The notes under the pieces were generated by a model. The model made no database searches. It saw only the letters and a list, made by a program, of their open reading frames with translations, and was not told the origin of the DNA. From contig CAXGUD010000020.1 in the NCBI GenBank assembly GCA_964012805.1, forward strand, positions 12,090-76,089: 64,000 nucleotides of DNA, given 5' to 3'. Numbering within the stretch: position 1 is the stretch's first letter; each line of letters begins with the position of its first letter. The stretch is from an uncultured Bacteriovoracaceae bacterium (GTDB lineage: Bacteria > Bdellovibrionota > Bacteriovoracia > Bacteriovoracales > Bacteriovoracaceae). This document shows, piece by piece, positions 29,203 through 38,909 of this stretch. The translations under genes and the position numbers were made by a program.

Positions 29203-31092
29203 TCACTTTATTTTACTAAAAACATAAAATAGGAAAACTGTGCTTCCTAGGAAGGCAAAAACAAAACTATCTACCAAGCCATTCCCTTTTTTTAAGTTAA
29301 AAAAATGACCCGCTTGATAAGCGACTTTGAATGGTAAATAAAAAATAACTCTTAAAAGGATTAGGCTGTAAAATTTAACAAACAGCATATTTAAAGCTTT
29401 TAATAGAAGGTTGAAAGATTGTCTTAAAGATACATTTATTAATAAAAAATCAAATAATCGCTTTCTCGTTTCGAGTGGAAGAATTTTTATTTTTCTAGAT
29501 TGTAATATTTCTTTTTTATCTAAATAAAACTTTAAAAATATAGTAATTAAGGAAAGGATATAAAAAGATATTATAAAATATATATTTTTATTACTATTTA
29601 TTATTTCATTTCCAACAAAATTTATACTATCAATTTTTGAATAATTGAATACTTTTTTAAAATCAATATTAGTGGCCATATAAACGTAAAATATCACTAT
29701 TATTAATAAATAAAATAAGTACCCTTTAAACTTTAATTTAATTAAGTTTTTAGGAATATTTATTATAGACTTCAAAAAAAAGAGAATCTTACCTTCATTA
29801 TCACTTCTTGTTGTTAGTTTTAAAGCCGGAAGAAATAAAATAGATAGTAAAGCTGGTAATAAAATATAGGTTATTATATTTTCACCATCAGAAATAAGTA
29901 AATTGTTAGGTAATTCATTAATTATCATAAAAAACGGGCCTCCTGGAAGAAAGCACAAAGAAAATACCATCAGGCTAGAAGCCCCTAAAAAAAACTCATT
30001 TTCATTTTCGTTTATTTTTTTATTAAAACTGTTTTCGCAATTCATTAAAATTAAAATATTTTTAATTATTAAAAAATTAATAATTAATGGAATTGCACTC
30101 CCTATTTTTCCAAATCCTAAAAATAAAAAAGCACCTCCCCAAAAAAAGTTAGTAAACCACAAAAGCTTTCTCTGATGAGTATGATCTAAGAATAAAATGA
30201 TTAAACTATATACAAGAATAAAGTAACCAATTGTCGTAAAAAAATTCAAAACAATAGGTAAATAATTTAAAACAGGAAAAGCTCTAGAAATTATATACAG
30301 CAAAATTGAGCTGGATATAATATCGAATAAAAAGCCAAATTTAAACCAGTCGGAAGGTTTCTCTATTGCATCGAAATTGTTTTGCTGACCAAAAAAAACT
30401 CTAAAAATATTTGGTAAAACTAGGCCTATTATTCCTAGACTTAAATTAATTTCATTATTTTTTATAAAAGTTAAATTTAAATTCTTCAAACTTAAATATG
30501 ATAACGATCCATTAAAACAATCAAAGATAACTATACAAGAAATGACTAGGAAAAAAAATGAAACACCCTCAATAATATAAAAAGAATCTAAAGTCTTCTC
30601 ACTTCTTAGTGTGCTTTTCTTTTTTGTGTAAAATAATAAGATTAAAGATGTTATTGGCCATAAAAATAATAACTGGAAAAAAGATTCTGAAGTTGCTGTT
30701 AAATGGCAAAAAATTGTTCCAAGATAAAAAATTACAAAATGGACCCCTTTTAAATCATCTTTCAAATAGTTCCACTTCAATATACAAAATATATAAAAAA
30801 TAAAATTAAGAAAAATTATTAAGAAATTAACTATAAAAGTTATATCATCCAATATATATGATACGTTTAGTTGGTGCCCGGAATAATTAAAGTAATCCCA
30901 TGCTTTAATTATTTCAAATTTATCTTCACCTATGGAAAAAAACTTCTTCCCAAAGTAACCCAAGAAGATAAAGTTACTTAACAAGCCCAAAAAAGGGTAG
31001 GCCCTTTTAAATCTTTTCTCTATAGATAAAGGCAATAGATGAATAAGAAATAATAAAACCAACACGCTTATTAATATTTTTTCAAAAATCAA
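29203..31092 (-). CDS. Highly diverged NuoL-like subunit (second copy)
   Basis: 629 aa polytopic protein between K' and M'; remnants such as SYILDDIT, QLLFLWPITSL, GFGKIGSAI and SLCFLPGGPFF, plus a C-terminal lateral-helix/TM layout. Confidence 0.68.
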   Translation of the reverse strand: MIFEKILISVLVLLFLIHLLPLSIEKRFKRAYPFLGLLSNFIFLGYFGKKFFSIGEDKFEIIKAWDYFNYSGHQLNVSYILDDITFIVNFLIIFLNFIFYIFCILKWNYLKDDLKGVHFVIFYLGTIFCHLTATSESFFQLLFLWPITSLILLFYTKKKSTLRSEKTLDSFYIIEGVSFFFLVISCIVIFDCFNGSLSYLSLKNLNLTFIKNNEINLSLGIIGLVLPNIFRVFFGQQNNFDAIEKPSDWFKFGFLFDIISSSILLYIISRAFPVLNYLPIVLNFFTTIGYFILVYSLIILFLDHTHQRKLLWFTNFFWGGAFLFLGFGKIGSAIPLIINFLIIKNILILMNCENSFNKKINENENEFFLGASSLMVFSLCFLPGGPFFMIINELPNNLLISDGENIITYILLPALLSILFLPALKLTTRSDNEGKILFFLKSIINIPKNLIKLKFKGYLFYLLIIVIFYVYMATNIDFKKVFNYSKIDSINFVGNEIINSNKNIYFIISFYILSLITIFLKFYLDKKEILQSRKIKILPLETRKRLFDFLLINVSLRQSFNLLLKALNMLFVKFYSLILLRVIFYLPFKVAYQAGHFFNLKKGNGLVDSFVFAFLGSTVFLFYVFSKIK

Positions 31093-31105
31093 GGTGAGCC
31101 CCCAA

Positions 31106-31378
31106 TTATTCTTTTAGGTCTATTGTTTTTTCTATTCTAAAATATTTAGATAATAGAGTTAGACCAATTACAAACTGAGCCATCGAGAAAGCTAAAAGCA
31201 AAATAAAGTTATAATTTGGAAAATGATAATTACTCTTTTTTAGAAATAAATAGAAAACAAAAAGGCAAGCATTAAGCATCACTGCTGTGTTTATAAAAAT
31301 AATAAGATAATTTTTTTTTAAAAGAAGAACAATCCATCCAAAACAAAATAGAAACAAACCCAAAAATAAATACAGCAT
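31106..31378 (-). CDS. Diverged NuoK-like subunit (second copy)
   Basis: Three TMs; KKNYLIIFINTAVMLNACL and AQFVIGLTL match RKNIVAILLGIELILNASA and AEAAVGLAI. Confidence 0.78.
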   Translation of the reverse strand: MLYLFLGLFLFCFGWIVLLLKKNYLIIFINTAVMLNACLFVFYLFLKKSNYHFPNYNFILLLAFSMAQFVIGLTLLSKYFRIEKTIDLKE

Positions 31379-31390
31379 AAACTTAACCCC

Positions 31391-31876
31391 TCAATTTTCT
31401 TTTTTAATGTTTTGGAAAGTTAAAATGCATTGAGCTGTTAGACCGTAGAACAAGAGAAGGACAACTTCCAAAGAAATATCCTGAGATGGATTTGCAGATA
31501 AATTATTCGATTTATTAGCGTTAAATTGAAAAGTAAAAGGCTTATCTTGTTCGATAAAAAGGAAAATTAAGCCAAAAAAGAGGCATGACAAAATAATACC
31601 AGTCATTTTTCTTTTATTTTTACTAAGTTGATTCCTAGAATAATACTTAGTATTTTTGTGAAAAATAAACGCATAGTAAAGAAAGGTAAGTGCTAGGCCC
31701 ATATTTAATAGAAAAACCATTGCACCTAAACTATCATTTTGAAATTTAAAATAAATTAAAGACAAAAATATCTGAAATGTTAAAAAAATCAAAGATGACA
31801 TAACTCCATCTTTGGACCATGAAGTCATCACGAAAAGGATAGAACACAGAGTCATTAAAAATGCATCTAAAATCAC
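31391..31876 (-). CDS. Diverged NuoJ-like subunit (second copy)
   Basis: Five-TM layout; SLIYFKFQNDSLGAM and ISLEVVLLL match AGLYLTLGADFVAA and LAFEISSVLL; position in block. Confidence 0.65.
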   Translation of the reverse strand: MILDAFLMTLCSILFVMTSWSKDGVMSSLIFLTFQIFLSLIYFKFQNDSLGAMVFLLNMGLALTFLYYAFIFHKNTKYYSRNQLSKNKRKMTGIILSCLFFGLIFLFIEQDKPFTFQFNANKSNNLSANPSQDISLEVVLLLFYGLTAQCILTFQNIKKEN

Positions 31877-31925
31877 TTAGATTACCTTCTATTAAAGTCA
31901 ATGAGATAAATAACCTATGGCTATT

Positions 31926-32975
31926 TTACAATGAAGTGCCTTTATAAGTATAGAGCCAAACAAGAGTTAAGACTAAATTGAAGACCGATAGAGGCATTAG
32001 GTACTTTAAAGAAGCCTTTACTGCATGCTTCCACTTTAGAGAGGGGATAGATAAATATACGCTAAAAACTAAAAGGTGAACAATAGATGTCTTAATTAAT
32101 AACAAGACTGCTTTGACCCAAAATAAAAGAAAGGGTTCACTAAATATTTCATCTAAAGCTGAATGACTGTTCCAACCACCAAAGTAAATGAATACATATA
32201 ATAGCAAAAAGCCTAGGTAATTTAGGTTGTCAGAAAGTTTAAAGATATTAAAAGATAGTGCGTTATGGTAACTACCTACCTCTTTTATAACATTTCTTGT
32301 CCCTGGTGTACTGAAGCCAAAATGATTTTTTCCAGCTAAACATAAAGTAAGGCAGATAAAGAACATAACAGCACCGAACGGCTGCCTAAAAACGCCCCAA
32401 TTAAAACTACTTAGAAAACTATCTAAACCTGCAAAGTAAAAGTATTGAAAAACTTCTGGCCCTTTATTCGAAAGAAAACTCGAAATAACCAAAAAAAATA
32501 AAGTTATAGACAGGACAAATCTCCAAATAAACTCTCTAGTTGAAGCTATATAAGAGAGCCCCTTACCACAAACCCAAGAATCAACCAAAAGAGGAAAGAG
32601 GCCTAGTAAAAAGGAAACAAGAAAATACATCAAAGTCAGAGGGTTACCTGGTTTTATTACAAACTGAAAATTGGAGAGAGACTCGATTTCGAATGACAAA
32701 GAAAAAAGAAGAAACGGACACATTGAAAAAAAAAATGAAATTAAAGAGCATAAAAAAGAAACATTTTGATATGGTTTTTCTTTATCTATAGACTTCTTAA
32801 ATAAAGACTTACATAAATCCATTAAGAAGTTATTCCTAAAAATAGTTCTAGTTTTTAAAAAGTATGACCTATTTATGACATTAAAATGAAATTTTTCTAA
32901 AGAAGCCAAGATCGTTAGGAAAGAGAAAAGAGCAAGAATTAAAATAAGGAAATTAAGGGCTATCATCCAATCCAT
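31926..32975 (-). CDS. Diverged NuoH-like subunit (second copy)
   Basis: LMDLCKSLFKK, WGVFRQPFG, YFGGW and PSLKWKH..KYLMPLSVFNL match NuoH. Confidence 0.78.
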   Translation of the reverse strand: MDWMIALNFLILILALFSFLTILASLEKFHFNVINRSYFLKTRTIFRNNFLMDLCKSLFKKSIDKEKPYQNVSFLCSLISFFFSMCPFLLFSLSFEIESLSNFQFVIKPGNPLTLMYFLVSFLLGLFPLLVDSWVCGKGLSYIASTREFIWRFVLSITLFFLVISSFLSNKGPEVFQYFYFAGLDSFLSSFNWGVFRQPFGAVMFFICLTLCLAGKNHFGFSTPGTRNVIKEVGSYHNALSFNIFKLSDNLNYLGFLLLYVFIYFGGWNSHSALDEIFSEPFLLFWVKAVLLLIKTSIVHLLVFSVYLSIPSLKWKHAVKASLKYLMPLSVFNLVLTLVWLYTYKGTSL

Positions 32976-32986
32976 ACCCTAGACTC

Positions 32987-33238
32987 CTATCTTTCGAGGT
33001 CAAACTTAGAAAAAACAGCAAACATTAAGTAACACAAAAATAATGAAACTAAGAAGAAAATAACACCTGAGTAGTTTTCAATATTGTTTGTGAAGTTGAA
33101 GTCTATTAACCAGGATAGAAAAAGAATAATTTGACAAAAGAAGAGAAAAAATATCGGTACAATTGATATTCTATCCTGGGAATACCCAAAAAAACTTGCT
33201 TCTTCTGAGTTTCTTCGACTTCCCTTACTATTCATCAT
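32987..33238 (-). CDS. Truncated, diverged NuoA-like subunit (second copy; TM1 missing)
   Basis: Two TMs; FFLFFCQIILFLSW and SKFDLE match FIIFDVESALMFP and RKGDLD; AGGA RBS; first gene of the duplicated block. Confidence 0.55.
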   Translation of the reverse strand: MMNSKGSRRNSEEASFFGYSQDRISIVPIFFLFFCQIILFLSWLIDFNFTNNIENYSGVIFFLVSLFLCYLMFAVFSKFDLER

Positions 33239-33289
33239 TGATCCTATTCTGTTAAGAATCCGATTAAACGCAATTAATTGTCAAATTAC

Positions 33290-34759
33290 TTACTGAACAA
33301 TAAAAAGCTTTGCATTGGTGACCATTAACATTAACCCTCCCCAGAAAAGTCCAAAAATAACAACTGGTGAAGTTAAGCCTATTATTATTGTTGTATTACG
33401 GAAAGAAAAACCTTCTATTTCTTCATCAGACTCAGGAGGAGAAAAAATCATATTTCTTACAATTTTTAAGTAATAATAAAGAGATATAACTGAATTGATA
33501 GCACCCAAAGTTGCAAGAGTATAATAACCTTTATCTATTGCCGCTTTTAAAATATTGAACTTTGCAACAAAGCCACCAAAGGGAGGAAGACCTGACAGTG
33601 AAAACATCGTTATTCCCATCATTATTGCTATAAGAGGGTATCTAACGTACATCCCATTAAATCTTTCAAAATGATCATTACCATATTTATCCGATACAAA
33701 TGAAGTAATATAGAAGGCTGAAAGGGTCATAAAAAGGTAAAGTGCTGCATAAAAAAGAATGGCTCTAGCCCCAACGGCATCCATAACAACAACACCTAAG
33801 AGCATAAACCCTGCATGCGCAATAGAAGAATAAGCAAGCATTCTTTTTACAGACCTCTGGTCAATTGCAGTAATATTACCCACAAACATGGTCAATACTG
33901 CAATAACTTGTAAAATTACAACCCAGCTATCTTGTAATGCACCTTCCTTTGAAAAGAATACCATCGTTATTCTAACAAGTGCTGCTAGTCCAGCTACTTT
34001 TGGGACAATGGAAAAAAATGTCGTAACTGGTATCGGAGAGCCTTCGTAAACATCAGGGGCCCACATATGAAATGGAACACATGCTATTTTATAACCTATA
34101 CCAACAAAGAACATCATAAAAGATGGAATAAGAATTGAAAGCTGTAAAGTACTTAAGTTTTGAAGCTTGGGAAATATTTCTTCAAATTGGATTGTACCCA
34201 ACACTCCAAATACATGGCTCATACCGAACAACATGACCCCTGCAGCTATCCCACCATAAAGGGAATACTTTAGCCCCGCTTCAGAGGAATAATCGTCGTT
34301 CTTTCTCAAAGACGCTAGGACATAGGACAAAATAGAAAGGGTTTCAATACCAAGATAGAGCGTCAGCATATTATTTGCTGAAGCCAACAACATACCTCCA
34401 ACTAAGACACCCATTGACATTATCGCAAACTCACTTTTGAAGTCGCTATAAATATCTTTTGACTGGGAGCTGAGGTAAATTGAACCAAAGGTTCCAAGTA
34501 CCATAATTATTTTTGCAAATGTACTAAATTGATCTATGACAACTGCATTTGTAAAAATTGCCAAAGGTTCGTCTGACAAATTATTTAAGAGCGTAAAGAA
34601 GGCAAAAATTAGTCCTACTGAGGCAATAGTAAAAACTAAACCTCTTCCCTTATCTTCATTCTTATAAGAAGCCTCAAGAAATAACATTGCTAGCATCGTC
34701 CCAATCACGATAAGCTCAGGAACGAAGTATCCTAAATTTGCAAAATAATTAACAACCAT
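33290..34759 (-). CDS. nuoN: NADH-quinone oxidoreductase subunit N
   Basis: IETLS, EAGLKY, GYKIACVPFHMWAPDVYEG, KRMLAYSSIAHAG and GFVAKF. Confidence 0.96.
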   Translation of the reverse strand: MVVNYFANLGYFVPELIVIGTMLAMLFLEASYKNEDKGRGLVFTIASVGLIFAFFTLLNNLSDEPLAIFTNAVVIDQFSTFAKIIMVLGTFGSIYLSSQSKDIYSDFKSEFAIMSMGVLVGGMLLASANNMLTLYLGIETLSILSYVLASLRKNDDYSSEAGLKYSLYGGIAAGVMLFGMSHVFGVLGTIQFEEIFPKLQNLSTLQLSILIPSFMMFFVGIGYKIACVPFHMWAPDVYEGSPIPVTTFFSIVPKVAGLAALVRITMVFFSKEGALQDSWVVILQVIAVLTMFVGNITAIDQRSVKRMLAYSSIAHAGFMLLGVVVMDAVGARAILFYAALYLFMTLSAFYITSFVSDKYGNDHFERFNGMYVRYPLIAIMMGITMFSLSGLPPFGGFVAKFNILKAAIDKGYYTLATLGAINSVISLYYYLKIVRNMIFSPPESDEEIEGFSFRNTTIIIGLTSPVVIFGLFWGGLMLMVTNAKLFIVQ

Positions 34760-34795
34760 CTCTTTTTACCCTTTAAATCGTTGAGACTTTATTCT

Positions 34796-36340
34796 TTATT
34801 GAGAATACTTAGCCAATTCAACAACTAATCTACCAACTGTGCCCTTCATAATATCAAGAACGGGGGTAGGCCAAATTCCAAATAAAATTACCATTATACA
34901 GAGAGGCGTCATATATAGTATCTCTCTTGCATTGACATCTGAGTAACCTTTGCAATCTTCTTGAACTTCTCCAAAAAACATTCTTTGAAACATCCATAGA
35001 AGGTAAGCAGCTCCTATAAGTAGGCCAATAACAGCAAGTACGGTGTAGGTTGTATACTTACTATAGATGCCTAGGAAAACTAGTGCTTCAGAGATAAAGC
35101 CTGCTAGCCCTGGTAAACCTAAAGAAGCAAACATTCCGATAATAAAAATGATACTGAACTTTGGTAATTGGGTATAAAGACCACCATATCCTTTGCTTCC
35201 ATCTGGCTTAACGATCCACCTGTGGTGAGATCTTTCGTAAAGGATACCAACAAGGAGGAACATCATAGCCGTTGACATACCATGGTTCCACATCTGTAAA
35301 ACACCACCATTCATCCCTTCTGTTGTCATTGCTGCTAATCCCATCATAACAAAACCCATGTGAGAGACCGATGAGTAAGCAATAAGTTTTTTCACATCAT
35401 CTTGTGCCATGGCGCACAAGGCTCCATAAATGATATTAATTAAGCCAAGTAGAGCGATGAAGTCTGCGTATTTTACGGCTGCTGCTGGGAAAATAGGAAA
35501 GGAAATCCTTAAAAATCCATAAGTCCCCATTTTAAGTAGCACACCAGCTAGAATAACAGAAACTGCCGTAGGAGCTTGAACGTGAGCCCAAGGTAGCCAT
35601 GTATGAAATGGAAAAATAGGAACTTTGATCGCAAAACCAATAAACATAAACCAGAAAAAAATTGTATTAAACGCTACGGATGACCCAAAAATATCTATCT
35701 GGATATCTGTAAACTTTCCTCCAGCTAGAGCCATAACATTGAACACTTCTTTACCAAGCTGTTCTCCACCTGTGTAGTACAATGCTACCATCCCTACAAG
35801 CATTAAGATCGAACCAAAAAATGTATAAAGGAAGAACTTAACCGCAGCATATTCTCTTTTTTCTCCTCCCCATAAACCAATAAGGAAAAACATCGGAAGC
35901 AGCATAATTTCCCAAAAGACGTAAAACAGGAAAAAGTCTAAAGCTAAAAAAACACCTAGGACACTCGCCTCAAGCATAAGAAATAAAGCAAAGTAGCTTT
36001 TAACATTCTTTTCAATTGTCCAGGAGCTAAGGACACAAAGGAGGAATAAAAGTCCCGTTAGGATAACCATAGGAAGTGAAAAACCATCTATCCCTAGTCG
36101 CCAATAGATATTAAATTGTTCTATCCACGGTACAACAACATTTAAATTACTTTGAAGCCCGTGCTTATCAATAGCGTTGGGATCAAACTCATTGTACAAC
36201 AACAAGGTCAAGACAAAAGTGATTATAGTATTGATCAATGTCCAATATCTAATCGTTTGCTTTTGTTCCCTAGGGATAAAAAATATTCCAATCATTCCGA
36301 TAATCGGCAAGAGGACAACCCAATTTAATAAACCTTGCAC
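34796..36340 (-). CDS. nuoM: NADH-quinone oxidoreductase subunit M
   Basis: FYVFWE, KVPIFPFHTWLP, LLKMGTYG, AYSSVSHMG and GFISE. Confidence 0.97.
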   Translation of the reverse strand: MQGLLNWVVLLPIIGMIGIFFIPREQKQTIRYWTLINTIITFVLTLLLYNEFDPNAIDKHGLQSNLNVVVPWIEQFNIYWRLGIDGFSLPMVILTGLLFLLCVLSSWTIEKNVKSYFALFLMLEASVLGVFLALDFFLFYVFWEIMLLPMFFLIGLWGGEKREYAAVKFFLYTFFGSILMLVGMVALYYTGGEQLGKEVFNVMALAGGKFTDIQIDIFGSSVAFNTIFFWFMFIGFAIKVPIFPFHTWLPWAHVQAPTAVSVILAGVLLKMGTYGFLRISFPIFPAAAVKYADFIALLGLINIIYGALCAMAQDDVKKLIAYSSVSHMGFVMMGLAAMTTEGMNGGVLQMWNHGMSTAMMFLLVGILYERSHHRWIVKPDGSKGYGGLYTQLPKFSIIFIIGMFASLGLPGLAGFISEALVFLGIYSKYTTYTVLAVIGLLIGAAYLLWMFQRMFFGEVQEDCKGYSDVNAREILYMTPLCIMVILFGIWPTPVLDIMKGTVGRLVVELAKYSQ

Positions 36341-36377
36341 CGATGGCTCCTTGTAATTTCTCTTTTTTTAACCAACT

Positions 36378-38564
36378 TTATATAGAAAAAATATAACTCA
36401 CTAAAACTACTAATATCATAATAAAATAAAACTGCACCTTACCGGACTGAAGCGTTCTAAGTACAACGTTAAAAAGCTTGACCACTGCGGGTCCACCACC
36501 CACGCCAGCTTTATCAATAACTTCATCATCAAACTTGCCAGAAAGGCGGTAAGCCAACTCATTAACTTTCTTCCAACCATCAATCGCATATCTATCAAAA
36601 AATCCAATATCAAACCTTGAAAGAAGGTTGTTAAGTCGTAAAAGACCTTTTTGAATGATTCCCTTTATATAAAAGTCATCAAAGTAATATTTGTTTTGAA
36701 GTGCCTTATACCAACCTGACAACTTATTAACCCACCAAGAGGGGTTTAGTTTCCCAGAAATGTACATGAGATAGGCTAAACCAACACCAGAAAAAGCAAT
36801 AATAATTGAAAGGATAGCTCCTATATGATGCACGTGATGAACGTGATGGGCTTCTTCTTTACTTAAACCATGATCTGGATCATAAGTACTTTTTGTTAGA
36901 GGAGATTTGTCTCTATTATCAACAGAAGACCAATCCTGCCTTTTGTAGTCTTTAAATTTATTTAACTTTGATAACTCTGGCTTCTCAATCAATACCTGGA
37001 ACCACTCTTTTTTAATGATAGGAAACTTAACTAGTTTTTGGCCGGTAAAAGAGCCACTGTACCAGAAGCCTAATGTGAATAGCGTTAAAATAAGAAGTGG
37101 CACATTTCTATTCCAGCTTAATTTTTCAACATGTGTATGATCATACAACTCTTGATCTTTTGGGTTTCCAAAAAAGGTCATAAACATCATTCTAAACATA
37201 TAAAATGCCGTCAAAAATGCCGCTACGAATCCCAGGATTGCTGGTCCCCAAAGAGCTCCCCCATCATCCAATGCTCTCAACAACGCATCACCTAGAATTC
37301 TGTCTTTGGAAACAAACCCGGAAAAAAAAGGGATGCCTGAAATTGCAAGAGTACAGCACATCATAGCCAAAAAGGTGAATGGCATTTTTTTTCTAAGACC
37401 ACCCATTCTCGGCATTTCCTGAACATGAGCATGGGTATGATGATCATGTAAAGAATGGATAACAGAACCTGCGGAAAGAAAAAGGCACGCTTTAAAAACA
37501 GCGTGGGTTATAAGGTGCATAAAAGCAGCATTATATGCACCTACCCCGATACCTAAAACCATGTATCCCAATTGAGATATGGTTGAATAAGCTAGAACTG
37601 CTTTTAAGTCCGTTTGAACTAAAGCGATTGTAGCAGCACCAAAAGCAGTTATTGCACCTATATAAGCGACAAAGGTTGTTAAGTTTCCAGCCTCAAGAAG
37701 AGGATAGATCCTTAGTGATAAGAAAACACCTGCTGCAACCATAGTTGCAGCATGAATAAGAGCGGAACATGGAGTTGGACCCATCATCGCATCTGGCAAC
37801 CAAACCTGGAGAGGAAATTGAGCAGACTTGCCAATCGTCCCCATAAAAATAGCTAAAGCAGCACAAGTTACAAGCGGAAACCCCCAGAGAGTTAGGTTAT
37901 CAAAACCGCCCATTGATGCAACTTTATAAATATCAACTAGGGCAACGCTTCCTTCACCAGTGGCTCTTGCCACTGTGTGCCAGACCATAACTATTCCGAG
38001 GAGAAAGAAAACATCTCCTACCCTTGTAGTCATGAAAGCCTTTATTGAGGCTGCTCCTGCTTCTTCTTTTTCATAATAATGCCCGATTAATGAATAAGAG
38101 CAAAAACCCATTATTTCCCAAAAGATAAAAACCCCGAGAAGGTTATCCGAAACAACCAAGCCCAACATCGCTGATGTAAAAAGGGACATATAAACAAAAA
38201 AGCGGCCAAACCTTATGTCATCAGCCATATAATAAGTGGAGAAAATATGGATAAGGAAGGCACAACCCGATACCATCAGCAACATAACGGCAGTCATGTT
38301 GTCTATATAGATTCCCATATTCAGTTTGAATGATGGCCCTAGATCGAACCAAGTAAAGACTTTGTGGATATAATAATCTGTCGCGTATTGGCCAAAAACA
38401 AAATCTTTAAAGATTGCTAAACTGTAAAGAAGAGAACCAAAAATCGCCAAGCAACTTATTGCAACTGCCGTCCTTGTAAACCTCTTAACAATAAATGCAT
38501 TTATAGCAAACGCAAAAAAGGGTAGGAGGACAATCGGTGCTACACTTCCAACTGTATAATCCAT
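36378..38564 (-). CDS. nuoL: NADH-quinone oxidoreductase subunit L
   Basis: FWEIMG, TRVGD, GKSAQFPLQVWLPDAM, SALIHAATMV, HAVFKA and SKD. Confidence 0.97.
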   Translation of the reverse strand: MDYTVGSVAPIVLLPFFAFAINAFIVKRFTRTAVAISCLAIFGSLLYSLAIFKDFVFGQYATDYYIHKVFTWFDLGPSFKLNMGIYIDNMTAVMLLMVSGCAFLIHIFSTYYMADDIRFGRFFVYMSLFTSAMLGLVVSDNLLGVFIFWEIMGFCSYSLIGHYYEKEEAGAASIKAFMTTRVGDVFFLLGIVMVWHTVARATGEGSVALVDIYKVASMGGFDNLTLWGFPLVTCAALAIFMGTIGKSAQFPLQVWLPDAMMGPTPCSALIHAATMVAAGVFLSLRIYPLLEAGNLTTFVAYIGAITAFGAATIALVQTDLKAVLAYSTISQLGYMVLGIGVGAYNAAFMHLITHAVFKACLFLSAGSVIHSLHDHHTHAHVQEMPRMGGLRKKMPFTFLAMMCCTLAISGIPFFSGFVSKDRILGDALLRALDDGGALWGPAILGFVAAFLTAFYMFRMMFMTFFGNPKDQELYDHTHVEKLSWNRNVPLLILTLFTLGFWYSGSFTGQKLVKFPIIKKEWFQVLIEKPELSKLNKFKDYKRQDWSSVDNRDKSPLTKSTYDPDHGLSKEEAHHVHHVHHIGAILSIIIAFSGVGLAYLMYISGKLNPSWWVNKLSGWYKALQNKYYFDDFYIKGIIQKGLLRLNNLLSRFDIGFFDRYAIDGWKKVNELAYRLSGKFDDEVIDKAGVGGGPAVVKLFNVVLRTLQSGKVQFYFIMILVVLVSYIFSI

Positions 38565-38588
38565 AAACGAAAACCTTTTTAATTCTTC

Positions 38589-38894
38589 TTACTGTTGTAA
38601 TTGAGTTGCATCATCTATATGTATGCTTTCCCTTATCTGATAAAATCTTATAACAATGGCCAAACCTACCGCTGCCTCAGCCGCAGCAACAATAATTATA
38701 AAAAGAGGAAAAATGTGACCATCTAAGTTTTGATTCACAAATTTTGTGTATGCAACAAAATTCAGCGCTGACGCGTTAAGAATTAGTTCAATACCCAAAA
38801 GAATGGCTACAATATTTTTCCTAGCAATCATAACGACAATTCCAGCAAGAAAAAGAATTGTCGAAATTACCAAATAAGATGAAAGTGTTATCAT
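38589..38894 (-). CDS. nuoK: NADH-quinone oxidoreductase subunit K
   Basis: IELILN and AAAEAAVGL with both conserved glutamates. Confidence 0.96.
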   Translation of the reverse strand: MITLSSYLVISTILFLAGIVVMIARKNIVAILLGIELILNASALNFVAYTKFVNQNLDGHIFPLFIIIVAAAEAAVGLAIVIRFYQIRESIHIDDATQLQQ

Positions 38895-38909
38895 AATTTT
38901 ATATCCTGC

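Noticed and set aside
26425..33238. Diverged nuo block read as pseudogenes or as an Mrp antiporter / hydrogenase membrane module
   Set aside because: All seven frames are open with RBS-like elements. The order A-H-J-K-L-M-N mirrors the adjacent nuo genes and includes an H-like subunit; no MrpE/F/G or hydrogenase subunits are present.
23206..33238. AT-rich stretch as a horizontally acquired island or prophage
   Set aside because: No integrase, transposase, phage gene or flanking direct repeat seen; the content is paralogous to the neighbouring operon. Composition was judged by eye only.
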